A program made the position numbers and the translations under genes. This document shows positions 54,579 through 64,000 of a DNA stretch of 64,000 nt, piece after piece. Location: contig DASRRX010000006.1 in NCBI GenBank assembly GCA_035695565.1, forward strand, positions 55,459 through 119,458, given 5' to 3'. How positions within the stretch are numbered: position 1 is the stretch's first letter; each line of letters begins with the position of its first letter. The notes beneath the pieces were generated by a model. That model ran no database searches and was not told where the DNA came from. It saw nothing but the letters and a program-made list of their open reading frames with translations. The stretch comes from Puia sp. (GTDB lineage: Bacteria; Bacteroidota; Bacteroidia; Chitinophagales; Chitinophagaceae).

Positions 54579-55514
54579 TCAATACTTCACGTAGGACTCC
54601 TGAATGCTGCCGTCGGCATACAGATCGATGAGGCCGTAGCCGGGAGCGGTCTGACGATTGTTGCCTTCCCACCAGGCGCCGCTCACAGCGCCATTACAGA
54701 TATAGGTCACATCATTGTAGACGATCTTGTCGCGAAGGTGGGTATGCCCGCAGAGACATAGTTTCACGTTGGGATGCTGGTAGAAGAGGTCGATGAGCCT
54801 GGCGTTATCGGTGTGCATGGAGCCGCCGAGTATGACCCATTTGTTGACGATGTTATCCTCGATAAGGTTAGTGGCGGTCAGGATGGGAACATGCGACAGA
54901 ATACAAATTGGAGTTTGAGCGGGTGTCGTCTGCAATTGGTCCTGCAGCCAGTTGAACTGGTCATCACCGAGCTTGCCGATATACCAGGTGCCGTCGACAT
55001 CGAGGTGGACGCTATCGAGGACGATAAATTTCCAGTCTTTTTTTGTAAAACTATAGTAGGGAGTTGTCAGGCCGATCTGCTGCATGGAAAACTGTTTTCC
55101 ATAGATGGCTTGACCCTTGTCATTCTCGTTCCACCAAATATCGTGGTTGCCGAGCGCATAGTAGATGGGGAGGCTGCAGTCCGACTTGATGGTGGAATGC
55201 CAGAGTGCCCATTGGGCGTTGATGACGTCCATATTCTCCTTATTCATATCGAATACGATGTCGCCGCCGTTAAGAATGAAGTCTACTCCGGGCTTCTGGT
55301 CCTGGACATGGCGGAGGCAGCGGCGAAAGCGATTCGGGGCGTCCCACTTATCTTTCAGGTGGACGTCGGTCAGGTGGGCGATGCGAAGAGAGGGCCGTTT
55401 GGCGGCAGGCGCGGCAGCGGCGGAGATGGCAGCCTCGGCGGCAGCGGCGAGAGGCAGGGCGGGCGCAATAAGGGCGCCGCCAAGGAGGTTTTTGAGGAGG
55501 GTTCGTCTTTGCAT
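54579..55514 (-). CDS. Metallophosphoesterase with Tat-like signal
   Basis: MQRRTLLK; DVH, GGD, GNHD, SH, GHTH motifs. Confidence 0.92.
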   Translation of the reverse strand: MQRRTLLKNLLGGALIAPALPLAAAAEAAISAAAAPAAKRPSLRIAHLTDVHLKDKWDAPNRFRRCLRHVQDQKPGVDFILNGGDIVFDMNKENMDVINAQWALWHSTIKSDCSLPIYYALGNHDIWWNENDKGQAIYGKQFSMQQIGLTTPYYSFTKKDWKFIVLDSVHLDVDGTWYIGKLGDDQFNWLQDQLQTTPAQTPICILSHVPILTATNLIEDNIVNKWVILGGSMHTDNARLIDLFYQHPNVKLCLCGHTHLRDKIVYNDVTYICNGAVSGAWWEGNNRQTAPGYGLIDLYADGSIQESYVKY

Positions 55515-55565
55515 ATTTAAAGATAGGAAGGGTATGTGACGGAAAGGTTAAATAAATCCTGCATT

Positions 55566-56666
55566 TTATTGCATAGTCAGCGCGTATACGGCGAAGGAAG
55601 CCAGCCAATGCTCACCCATATATTCGCCGCTGGCAACGTGGGGCAACGCTTCGGTCAGATGGCGGTTGGCAAGTTGGTATAGCCGGTCGCGGTTCGCGGG
55701 AAAGTGACGGGCAATGCCGTAGAGATCCCAGGCGCGACTCAAGTTGAGGCCGTCGAGATGGACGAGCTTGCCGTCGGAGCGGTCCTGTACCTGCCCGGGC
55801 TTGAGGTCAAAGTCAGGGCGGGTGAGTGCGGGGAGGAACTTGATCAGCCAGGTATGATAGGCAGGTTCGGGCAGGATACGCCACATGAGGTCGGCCTCTT
55901 CGAGCGCGGGACTCAGAAAGTCGTTACCGCCGGGTTCCCAGGAGATAGGGTAATTGACATCGTTCTTATAAAACCGCAATGCGGTCCGAAGGATAGCCGT
56001 CTTGAGTGAATCATCTTTACTAACGGCGGCATAGTCCCAGGCCAGCCGCAGGCCAAAAGCAAGGTTGGGATGTTCGCCTACCCGAACGGGATAGTTCATT
56101 TTTGGCAAATATGCGATGAACAACCGGGAGATCTGATGGGCCAGCGGGGCGACGTTGCTGCTTAGTTCATGGCCGAGCGGGTCGTCCCAGGTCAAGAGTT
56201 CCTGCTGTAGCTGAAGGAGCCAGCCCCAACCATACGTACGTTCAAAACTTTCGTTGTCCTTTGTCGAGAAGATGCGCATTTCGCCGCGGATGTTGGCGGC
56301 GGACAGATTCTCCTGTAGTTTCTGTCTTATCTCCGCGGCGCGGGGCATATCAGGGAAGAGTTTGAGCAGCCGGACGAGCATCCAATGGCCGTGGACGCTG
56401 GAGTGCCAGTCATAACAGCCATAGAAAGCCGGGTGGTAAAGGCGTGGTTTCACGGCAAGGGTGCTGTCCGTGAAGGAGATTCCGGTCTTGTATGGGAATT
56501 CACGTTGCATGCAGCGAAGTGGCAAGTCGGCAAAGTGCGCTGCGCCGGCAGCAGTGAGATAAGCCTGACCGGCCTTCATTTCATATTGCGGAGGTTGGGC
56601 GGAGGCGCTGGCGCAGGCCGCAAGGAGAAGCACCGTGAGTGTCCAGGCGTATTTGGTTGTGCGCAT
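55566..56666 (-). CDS. DUF2891 family protein
   Basis: Signal peptide; HPAFYGCYDWHSSVHGHW, FERTYGWGW, DFLSPALEEA, HLDGLNLSRAW, YMGEHWLASF. Confidence 0.9.
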   Translation of the reverse strand: MRTTKYAWTLTVLLLAACASASAQPPQYEMKAGQAYLTAAGAAHFADLPLRCMQREFPYKTGISFTDSTLAVKPRLYHPAFYGCYDWHSSVHGHWMLVRLLKLFPDMPRAAEIRQKLQENLSAANIRGEMRIFSTKDNESFERTYGWGWLLQLQQELLTWDDPLGHELSSNVAPLAHQISRLFIAYLPKMNYPVRVGEHPNLAFGLRLAWDYAAVSKDDSLKTAILRTALRFYKNDVNYPISWEPGGNDFLSPALEEADLMWRILPEPAYHTWLIKFLPALTRPDFDLKPGQVQDRSDGKLVHLDGLNLSRAWDLYGIARHFPANRDRLYQLANRHLTEALPHVASGEYMGEHWLASFAVYALTMQ

Positions 56667-56729
56667 AGGTACGCAATCTAGGCATTTTGGCGAAAGGGAC
56701 CAATACCGGGGAAAGTCGTAAATTCAGAG

Positions 56730-57860
56730 ATGGCAAAATTATTTTTTTTCATGGCCCTGGCGGTTTGGGCATTTCCGGCCCGGGCGCAAGAGAGATTCAT
56801 CAAACATATTATTACGCCCGACTTTATTTCAGAGGGGGTAGCGATCGCGGACGTCAACAACGATGGAAAGCCGGATATCCTGGCGGGTGCGTATTGGTTC
56901 GAGGCTCCCAATTGGACGAAGCATGAGATCGACACCCCGCGGCACTATGATCCGTCTACACAGTTCAGCAACTCCTTTCTCGACTTCAGCATGGATGTCA
57001 ACCAGGATGGCTGGATGGATCTGATCCGGGTCAGTCTGCCCGGCGAGGAGATCGTGTGGTATGAGAACCCGGGTCGCCGTCCCGGGTATTGGAAGATGCA
57101 TCCGATCCTGGCGCATGCGGGCAATGAGTCGCCGGCGCTGGTGGATGTGGATGGAGATGGCCGGCCGGATATCCTTTGTAACGATTGGGTCGCCAAAGAG
57201 ATGATCTGGATGAAGTCGCCTTCTGTAAAGGGGGACACGACCTGGACCCGCCATGTCATTGCACGGGGCGAGACCGGCACGGGACGATATACGCATGGGT
57301 TGGGGTTATTTGACATGAATGGGGATGGCCGTGCGGATGTAGTAATTACGAAGGGTTGGTGGGAACGGCCGCAGGATGCGCAGACGGAGAATTGGAACTT
57401 TCATCCGGCCGATCTGGGCGAAGAATGCGCCCAGATGTATCCGTTAGATGTGCGGGGCAATGGGGTCAGGGACATCATTAGTTCGTCAGCCCATCGATAC
57501 GGCATCTGGTGGCATGAGCCGACGGCCGATCCCCGGGTCTGGATCCATCATCTTATCGACAGCAGCGTTTCGGAAACGCATTCCCTGGCGATGGCGGACC
57601 TCAACGGAGATGGGTATCCCGACCTGATAACGGGGAAGCGGTATTTTGCGCATAATGGAGAGGACCCGGGCGCATATGAGCCATCGGTGTTGAATTGGTA
57701 CGAGTTCCGGCCGGGGGCTACGCCCACGTGGGTGAGGCATTCGATCGATACCAACTCAGGTGTGGGTGAGCAGGTATTGGTGAAGGACATGAATGGGGAC
57801 GGGAAGCCGGACATTGTGCTGGCGAATAAGAAGGGGGTGTTCTGGTTTGAGCAGAAATAG
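56730..57860 (+). CDS. FG-GAP/VCBS repeat protein
   Basis: Signal peptide; repeated D(V/M/L)NxDGxxD motifs, WYENPG, TGKRYFAHNG. Confidence 0.9.
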   Translation: MAKLFFFMALAVWAFPARAQERFIKHIITPDFISEGVAIADVNNDGKPDILAGAYWFEAPNWTKHEIDTPRHYDPSTQFSNSFLDFSMDVNQDGWMDLIRVSLPGEEIVWYENPGRRPGYWKMHPILAHAGNESPALVDVDGDGRPDILCNDWVAKEMIWMKSPSVKGDTTWTRHVIARGETGTGRYTHGLGLFDMNGDGRADVVITKGWWERPQDAQTENWNFHPADLGEECAQMYPLDVRGNGVRDIISSSAHRYGIWWHEPTADPRVWIHHLIDSSVSETHSLAMADLNGDGYPDLITGKRYFAHNGEDPGAYEPSVLNWYEFRPGATPTWVRHSIDTNSGVGEQVLVKDMNGDGKPDIVLANKKGVFWFEQK

Positions 57861-57871
57861 TGCGTGACGGC

Positions 57872-58282
57872 TTACACTACATGTCTGGGCAGGAAGAGCG
57901 CAAAGCTCATCAGGGCCAGGTAGGGCAGTACGAGGACGCCGAGGGAAATGGTCAGGTGCCAGTTCCTTTTTGGGTTCTCGCCGGATTGCTCGAATTTGTC
58001 GACGATCTTCTGGTCGCGGTCCTTCACAATAAAGATATAGTGGAAGAGCAAGGCCGTGAGACCATAGATCACAAGGGCGAAGAGGAGCGATTCCAGCCGG
58101 GAATTGAAACGGTTATGTTTGACAAAATGGAGATAGAGAGATTCGAATAAGAGCAGCCATCCGCCGGAGCCGAGAGAAAACAGATACATGGCCTGGATCC
58201 GGGTGTTAAAACTTTGCCTGTACTGACTTAACCGATAGCAATAGCTATAGATATTAAAGTAGAGGTAGTCTATGTGTTTCAT
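57872..58282 (-). CDS. Hypothetical small membrane protein (3 TM)
   Basis: 136 aa, three hydrophobic stretches, Tyr/Phe-rich N-terminus. Confidence 0.6.
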   Translation of the reverse strand: MKHIDYLYFNIYSYCYRLSQYRQSFNTRIQAMYLFSLGSGGWLLLFESLYLHFVKHNRFNSRLESLLFALVIYGLTALLFHYIFIVKDRDQKIVDKFEQSGENPKRNWHLTISLGVLVLPYLALMSFALFLPRHVV

Positions 58283-58474
58283 AGAGTCTTCGTATTAGGG
58301 TACTGGGTTGCCGGCGGTGTACGGTGGGCCGGGTTATCCTATTATAAACGCAGATAAGGGAAAAATCGTACGACGGATAGAAATTAAATAACCAATCATT
58401 TCGTTATCAATTTAGTACAAATATACGCTTACTTCTATTTGGCTAAGAGCAGGGGGTGCCATAGTTTTATCCGG

Positions 58475-61141
58475 ATGCATAAAAATTTTCAACTGCTTTT
58501 TTTAGGGCTGATCATCGCGGGATCTATTAACGCGCAAAGTTTCCGGGTGTTAGTGGTGGCGTCACGGGCGAAAGACCATCAGAAAATGATCGCCGCGGCG
58601 CGGCCTTTTTTTGAGAAGATGGCGGCGGACAATCATTTCGGGCTGGATCTCACAGATGATACCAGCCAGATCAATCCGGCCAATCTCAAGCGTTATAAGG
58701 TATTCGTGATGTTGCAGCTGGCGCCATTCGACATGTCGCCCGAACAACAAGCCGCGTTACAGCACTTCGTGGAGGCAGGGAATGGTTGGGTGGGAATTCA
58801 TGCGGCCGGGCTAACCGGGCGCGGGTTTTTGGCGCCTGGCAGCGAGTATTGGGAGTGGTTCGAGAACTTCATGGGCGGCGTGCTCTACAGTCCGCATCCT
58901 GCCTTTCAAACGGCAACGTTGCATGTCGACGACCATTATCATCCATTGATGGCGCATATGCCTTCGAAGGTGAATTGGCCGGATGAGTGGTATGAGTTCA
59001 CGCCGAACCCGCGGGGCCGGGTGCATGTGCTGGCAACGGTTGATGAAAGCACGTATCATCCGAATAAGCCGATGGGTGATCATCCGATCATCTGGACAAA
59101 TGAACGTTACCGGCGGATGGTATATATCGGGCCGGGGCATGATCCGGCGCTTTTGCAGGACCCGGCCTATGCAACACTGTTGCGGGATGCGGTCCTTTGG
59201 GCTGCAAGCGGCGACCCGCTACCGCCGGTCGCCATGAAGAACGGGATTGTCGACTATGAACAACAGTATGATCTGCCGGGTGCGCCGACGGTTGGGGAGG
59301 GGTTTGAGCGGGTGAGGAAAGCGATCGAGGGAGTGAGGGGTTCGGAAACGAGAGGTTCGGAAGTGAGGGGTTCAGAAACGAGAGGTTCGGAAGTGAAGAG
59401 TTCGATCGGACAAGCTGGGCTTCCGTTGACTGTTACGAAGACGGAGCGGGATACGATCGGGGGCACGGCATTGTTCAAGATTATGACGGCGGGGCCGGTC
59501 AAGTCGTTCTGGATGCGATTTGACTGGACAGTAGCAGTTACTGCTGGCCGATATATCTTTAATACGCTGCATTATTACGAGAAGCCGGTTGGGCCGGGTG
59601 TCAGCAATGAGTATTCGAAGATCGAATACCGGTGGGGGGATTATCGGGCCGGCCATCCCTGGTCGGCGGCGGACAGGCCGCTGTTCCGCGGCATCGATAG
59701 TGTCAGCAGGAAGATAATGGAAAGGCTTCGGCGGGCCCTGGGCGCGACGGTTGCGCCGCGGTTCAGGGTGCTGGCCTTATATGAGAATGGCGGGCATCAT
59801 GTGGAGTTCAGTGCGCGGGCGCGGGTCTGGCTGGCAAAGCTGGCCGAGGACAGCAATATTGCGGTCGATTACCTGACGCATACCGATAGCATTTCCGACG
59901 AGCTGCTGGCGCGGTATCAGCTGATCCTGCAGCTGGATTATGTGCCTTATGGCTGGAAGCCTTCGGCAATGGCAGCCTTTCAGCGGTATATCGAGGAAGG
60001 AAGGGGCGGCTGGGTGGGCCTTCACCACGCGTCGCTGTTGGGGGAATTCGACGGCTACCCGATGTGGTCATGGTTCCATTCCTTCATGGGGCATATTCGG
60101 TGGAAGGACTATATCGCACGGTTTGCGCGGGGGACGGTACATGTAGAGGACGGTGCGCACCCGGTCATGAAGGGCATTCCGGATTCCTTTGTCGTCCAAA
60201 AAGAAGAGTGGTACACTTATGACAAAAGTCCGCGGCCAAATGTTCATGTCCTTGCCAATGTGGATGAATCTTCCTATCGGCCGGATACGACGATAAAAAT
60301 GGGCGATCATCCTGTCATCTGGACGAACGAAAAGGTGAAGGCGCGGAACGTATATATATTCATGGGCCATTCACCGGTGTTATTCGATGACTGGGTATAC
60401 CGGAAGATGTTGAGGAATGCGATCTTTTGGGCGGCGGCTACCCCACCGTCACCAACGTTCCGGGTGCTGGCCTTGTACAGCACTACGGTTGAAGGTGATC
60501 ATGTCGCTTTCGCAAACGATGCGATCCGGTTCTATTCCGAACTGGCGGCACGGCAGCATTTCCGGTTCGACACCACTTCGGATTGGGCAGGGATGAGCAG
60601 GCATCTGGGAGAATACCAGGCGGTCGTGTGGCTGAATGATTTTCCGCATACGGAGGAAGAGCGTTCGGCCTTTGAGCACTATATGGAAGGGGGCGGCGCA
60701 TGGCTGGGTTGTCATGTGTCGGCTTATAATGACCGGGACACGCATTGGCCATGGTTCGTGCAGTTCCTGGGCGGCGCGGTCTTTTTTAACAACAGCTGGC
60801 CGCCGCTTCCGGCGAAGCTGATCGTCGAGGATCAGCGGCACCCGGCTACGATACGGCTGCCCGATCGGTATGTCGCACCTATCAATGAATGGTATGGCTG
60901 GCGGCCGAACCCGCGGGACAATAAAGACGTCCGGGTGCTGGTATCGCTGGATCCGTCGAACTATCCATTGGGAAAGAAAGATATCCTGCGGAGCGGAGAT
61001 ATCCCGGTGGTGTGGACGAATACCCGGTATAGGATGCTATACATGAATATGGGACATGGAGATCAGATCCTGAGCTCGCCGGTTCAAAATAATCTCTTCG
61101 AGGATGCATTACTGTGGCTGAGAGATGGGGCGAAACGTTAA
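58475..61141 (+). CDS. Secreted protein with three ThuA-like domains and an intervening DUF4468-like domain
   Basis: Three copies of G.GW.G.H..../EWY....PR..V.VLA.VDES.Y/GDHP..WTN..R..Y..GH; ATG 58475 with signal peptide. Confidence 0.85.
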   Translation: MHKNFQLLFLGLIIAGSINAQSFRVLVVASRAKDHQKMIAAARPFFEKMAADNHFGLDLTDDTSQINPANLKRYKVFVMLQLAPFDMSPEQQAALQHFVEAGNGWVGIHAAGLTGRGFLAPGSEYWEWFENFMGGVLYSPHPAFQTATLHVDDHYHPLMAHMPSKVNWPDEWYEFTPNPRGRVHVLATVDESTYHPNKPMGDHPIIWTNERYRRMVYIGPGHDPALLQDPAYATLLRDAVLWAASGDPLPPVAMKNGIVDYEQQYDLPGAPTVGEGFERVRKAIEGVRGSETRGSEVRGSETRGSEVKSSIGQAGLPLTVTKTERDTIGGTALFKIMTAGPVKSFWMRFDWTVAVTAGRYIFNTLHYYEKPVGPGVSNEYSKIEYRWGDYRAGHPWSAADRPLFRGIDSVSRKIMERLRRALGATVAPRFRVLALYENGGHHVEFSARARVWLAKLAEDSNIAVDYLTHTDSISDELLARYQLILQLDYVPYGWKPSAMAAFQRYIEEGRGGWVGLHHASLLGEFDGYPMWSWFHSFMGHIRWKDYIARFARGTVHVEDGAHPVMKGIPDSFVVQKEEWYTYDKSPRPNVHVLANVDESSYRPDTTIKMGDHPVIWTNEKVKARNVYIFMGHSPVLFDDWVYRKMLRNAIFWAAATPPSPTFRVLALYSTTVEGDHVAFANDAIRFYSELAARQHFRFDTTSDWAGMSRHLGEYQAVVWLNDFPHTEEERSAFEHYMEGGGAWLGCHVSAYNDRDTHWPWFVQFLGGAVFFNNSWPPLPAKLIVEDQRHPATIRLPDRYVAPINEWYGWRPNPRDNKDVRVLVSLDPSNYPLGKKDILRSGDIPVVWTNTRYRMLYMNMGHGDQILSSPVQNNLFEDALLWLRDGAKR
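59339..59398 (+). repeat. 4 x 15-bp in-frame repeat (GSETR/GSEVR)
   Basis: ggttcggaaacgaga ggttcggaagtgagg ggttcagaaacgaga ggttcggaagtgaag. Confidence 0.95.
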
Positions 61142-62643
61142 CGGATCTGGTATTCACGAAATTCGAAGTCGCCATTGTCGCGGGGCCAGTTGGGGATGGT
61201 ATCGGTGAGGGAGGCTGGTTTGACATTAGGGACACGGACGTCGTAGATGTAGGTGTACTGCTTCACGCCTTGCTGTCTCAACTGGGGTAGAAGCTTTTGG
61301 AGACTGCTATCATCAGGGGCAAGAAAGAAATATTTATCATCGAAAATATAGCCCAGCTCCATGGCGATATAGGGGAAAGAAACAACAACAACTTTCCCGG
61401 GCTCCTGGTTCAAAAAATTCAGATCGGGTGAAATGCGGTGGTGATTCTCCCAAACCAGCGTCTTTATTCCTCCCTTATAGGTGTTGTGCTGGAAGGAGTA
61501 GGCTGCAAAAAGTATAACAATGGTTACCAGCCAAACCGCCGGTCTCAAATTCCATTCTTTTTCGATCAGCAATAGTGCGATGAGCACCACGGTAACCAGC
61601 GGTAGAAAGTAACGGGCGCCCCACTGGCGTCCGCCGTCATTGGGGACTATGAATGGAGTGAGGATGCAATAGGTGAGCACAATGCCGACGAGCAGGATGG
61701 TTCGGGTGGATAATGGTTTCCGATAGCGCAGCAACACATAAACAACCGGAAGGATCAGTAAGACGAACAGGTAATGGCGGGCATTGATGAGGTTGTTTGC
61801 AATGAGGTTGCGAAAAGGATTGACCTCGACGCCGCCTTCGACGCTGTCTTTTAGGACCTGGCGGCTATGGATGCCAAAGAAAGAGTCGAATTCGATCTTG
61901 TTGAAAAGCAGGAAGCTACCGAGGCCGATGGCCAGGCCGATAAGAAAGAGGATCGAGGTGCGTTGGCGTTCTTTTATGAAAAGGTATACGAGAGCAAGGC
62001 CATAGAGAAGGTTCATCATCATCGCTTCGGGCCGAAACCATGCTGCCAGGCCGCTAAGCAGGCCCATGCCGATCGCGGCGACCGATCCGGACGGGGGGTT
62101 GACTAAAAAGGCCAGGCCGCTGAACAAAAGAAGGATGGCGGTCATGTGTTCCCAATAAGTGGCGCCATATAGGGTGAGAGGGCTGCAAAACACAAGGATG
62201 AACAGACCGATCGCGATCCGGGAAGGTGCGATGCCACAACGTCTAAGCAACAATATGACGCTTATCCACAGTAAAAGGGTGGATGCAACTGGAATAACAT
62301 ATAGTCCGGCGTTTCCAAAGTGAGCGTAAAAGAAGGAACTGATGATCTGGAAAGCGGGCGGGAATACAAAGAGGTATCCGTTGGACGACGAATAAAGAAA
62401 GGGCGGCCTGAAGGGAAAGAAGCCGTTCGACCAGATCTGTTGGACCCACTGGGGTTGAGGGAGATACATGTATTTGAAACCATGCCCTTCGGTAAGTTGT
62501 TTGACCACCAGATACTTGATACCGCCATCGCTTGAAAAGAAGACGCCGGGCTGAGCGGAGGAGACGAGAAAGGCCAGATACACAATGGAGAGGAGCGCAA
62601 CAAGGTATACATACCGATAGTTGTTCGCAGCGCCCTTCATCAT
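61138..62643 (-). CDS. Polytopic membrane protein, putative GT-C-fold glycosyltransferase
   Basis: ~11 TM helices; acidic loop after TM1 (FFSSDGGIKY), YWEH, FRPE, WGARYF. Confidence 0.55.
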   Translation of the reverse strand: MMKGAANNYRYVYLVALLSIVYLAFLVSSAQPGVFFSSDGGIKYLVVKQLTEGHGFKYMYLPQPQWVQQIWSNGFFPFRPPFLYSSSNGYLFVFPPAFQIISSFFYAHFGNAGLYVIPVASTLLLWISVILLLRRCGIAPSRIAIGLFILVFCSPLTLYGATYWEHMTAILLLFSGLAFLVNPPSGSVAAIGMGLLSGLAAWFRPEAMMMNLLYGLALVYLFIKERQRTSILFLIGLAIGLGSFLLFNKIEFDSFFGIHSRQVLKDSVEGGVEVNPFRNLIANNLINARHYLFVLLILPVVYVLLRYRKPLSTRTILLVGIVLTYCILTPFIVPNDGGRQWGARYFLPLVTVVLIALLLIEKEWNLRPAVWLVTIVILFAAYSFQHNTYKGGIKTLVWENHHRISPDLNFLNQEPGKVVVVSFPYIAMELGYIFDDKYFFLAPDDSSLQKLLPQLRQQGVKQYTYIYDVRVPNVKPASLTDTIPNWPRDNGDFEFREYQIR

Positions 62644-62768
62644 GAAACGAAATTACGAGGTTTTGCCGAGAGTTTCGCGCCGTTTACCGTGTTTTTTGCT
62701 CCGTTTGCAGCATTCATCTGGATACACTCGACGGTTACGGGTAGCTTTGTGTATCTAAATTTACTATT

Positions 62769-64000
62769 GTGAGACAATTATTGACTTCGCTGACCTGCCT
62801 TCTCCTGATGATTTTCACTGTTCAAGCGCAACCGCCAAAGGGTGGTGCGGGTGGCCAAAGACAGGGCCCGCCGCCTTCCATCGGGCGAGCCTATGGGAAA
62901 GTAACCGATTCAGCGGGGCAGCCGCTGGCTCAAATCTCGGCGTTGGTTCTAAAATCAACCGTCGATCCCACTACGAAGAAAAAGAAACTCGTATTGCTAA
63001 AAGGCATGGAAACCAAAACAAGCGGTGAGTTCAATTTCGAGGATCTCCCGGTCTTTGCGCCGTTGGTGATCCGGCTCTCCGGTACGGGATATAAGACCCG
63101 GGATATACCCGTTACGATCACGATGTCGGGCGCCGGGGGTGGCGCTCCTGCGCCGGCAGGACAGAATAATGGCAACCCGATGGTCGCCATGCCTTCATTT
63201 GAGAAAGATTTGGGGGCGATCAAGCTTGCGGAAGATGTTAAGACGTTGAGTGCGGCGACAGTCACTGCGGCTCCGCCTACGATGAAATTGGAACTGGATA
63301 AGAAAGTCTTCAATGTCGATAAAAATATCGTGAGCGCCGGCGGGACGGGTTTGGATGTAATGCGAAACGTGCCTTCGGTAAATGTGGATATTGACGGGAA
63401 TGTCACGCTGCGGGGACAGACGCCGACCATCTTTGTCGACGGCCGGCCGACGACGCTGACCCTGGATGAGATCCCCGCCGATGCCATAGAAAGCGTGGAA
63501 GTCATCACTAATCCTTCCGCTAAATACGATGCGTCGGGTGGTGGCGCCGGTATCCTGAACATCATTTTGAAAAAGAACCGCAAGCAAGGCTATAACGGAA
63601 ACCTGTCCGCGGGTATCGATTCTCACGGGGCGCCCAATGCGCTGGCGGGCTTCAATGTCCGGCAGGGCAAGCTCAACTTTACGGTAAACGGGTTATACAA
63701 CGGGCTGAACGGGAAGACGACAGGTAACACCGACCGGTATACGTACCTCGGCGATACGACCCGTCTTCTTCAATCGGATTACCAGCGGAACAAGGGTCAT
63801 TTCCTGTTCGGCCAGGTTGGTCTGGACTGGTTCGTCAGCAACAAGACAACCCTTTCGGCATCTTATATCCGCGTACACGGCTCGTTCGGGCCTACGGACA
63901 TCTCGCAGATCGAGACGGATAGCCTTACCGCTCCGAGCAAGTCGGTGACATACGCTACCCGGGTCTCCAATTCTACGCGTATCTTCGACGTGAATGGCGC
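62769..64000 (+). CDS. TonB-dependent receptor/outer-membrane beta-barrel, 3'-truncated (absent from the ORF track)
   Basis: Own translation from GTG 62769: signal peptide RQLLTSLTCLLLMIFTVQAQ, carboxypeptidase-regulatory-like domain, plug DKKVFNV..GGTGLDVMRNVPSV.VD.DGNVTLRG..EVITNPSAKYDASG..GILNIILKK; frame open through the segment I translated. Confidence 0.92.
   Translation, partial: MRQLLTSLTCLLLMIFTVQAQPPKGGAGGQRQGPPPSIGRAYGKVTDSAGQPLAQISALVLKSTVDPTTKKKKLVLLKGMETKTSGEFNFEDLPVFAPLVIRLSGTGYKTRDIPVTITMSGAGGGAPAPAGQNNGNPMVAMPSFEKDLGAIKLAEDVKTLSAATVTAAPPTMKLELDKKVFNVDKNIVSAGGTGLDVMRNVPSVNVDIDGNVTLRGQTPTIFVDGRPTTLTLDEIPADAIESVEVITNPSAKYDASGGGAGILNIILKKNRKQGYNGNLSAGIDSHGAPNALAGFNVRQGKLNFTVNGLYNGLNGKTTGNTDRYTYLGDTTRLLQSDYQRNKGHFLFGQVGLDWFVSNKTTLSASYIRVHGSFGPTDISQIETDSLTAPSKSVTYATRVSNSTRIFDVNG

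Noticed and set aside
12577-59398. CRISPR array from the short periodic repeats
   Set aside because: All repeats are 15-27 bp, degenerate, lack spacers, lie in frame within CDSs, and no cas gene is present.

Overview
High-GC Bacteroidota DNA, probably Chitinophagaceae. This is inferred from a T9SS C-terminal sorting domain, TAnnTTTG-type -7 promoter boxes, beta-propeller hybrid kinases and a TonB-dependent receptor. The main feature is an apparently complete ~19 kb contractile injection system (eCIS, AlgoCIS/Afp-like) at 10669-29788: cap, cap-adaptor-like gene, one sheath, tube, tube initiator, plug-like gene, LysM protein, VgrG, PAAR, gp25, two large baseplate genes, a short fibre-like gene, tape measure and AAA+ ATPase. 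No cargo toxin or lysis gene is visible. A catalytically dead GH18 protein with a signal peptide, a coiled-coil stalk and 3 C-terminal TM helices is transcribed back-to-back with it and is a candidate envelope anchor or receptor. Several CIS structural genes carry in-frame low-complexity repeat expansions, including a 107-aa insert in the sheath. The flanks contain two molybdenum-hydroxylase subunits, a T9SS dual-esterase PKD protein, selD-selU, an AT-rich AAA_14 gene, a kinase/regulator/PLP C-S lyase/FAD-monooxygenase-DsbA fusion operon, a STAND-LuxR + DUF4242 pair, a triple-ThuA protein and a truncated TonB-dependent receptor. I saw no rRNA, tRNA, CRISPR array, integrase or transposase. Family assignments come from motif recognition by eye, not database searches.
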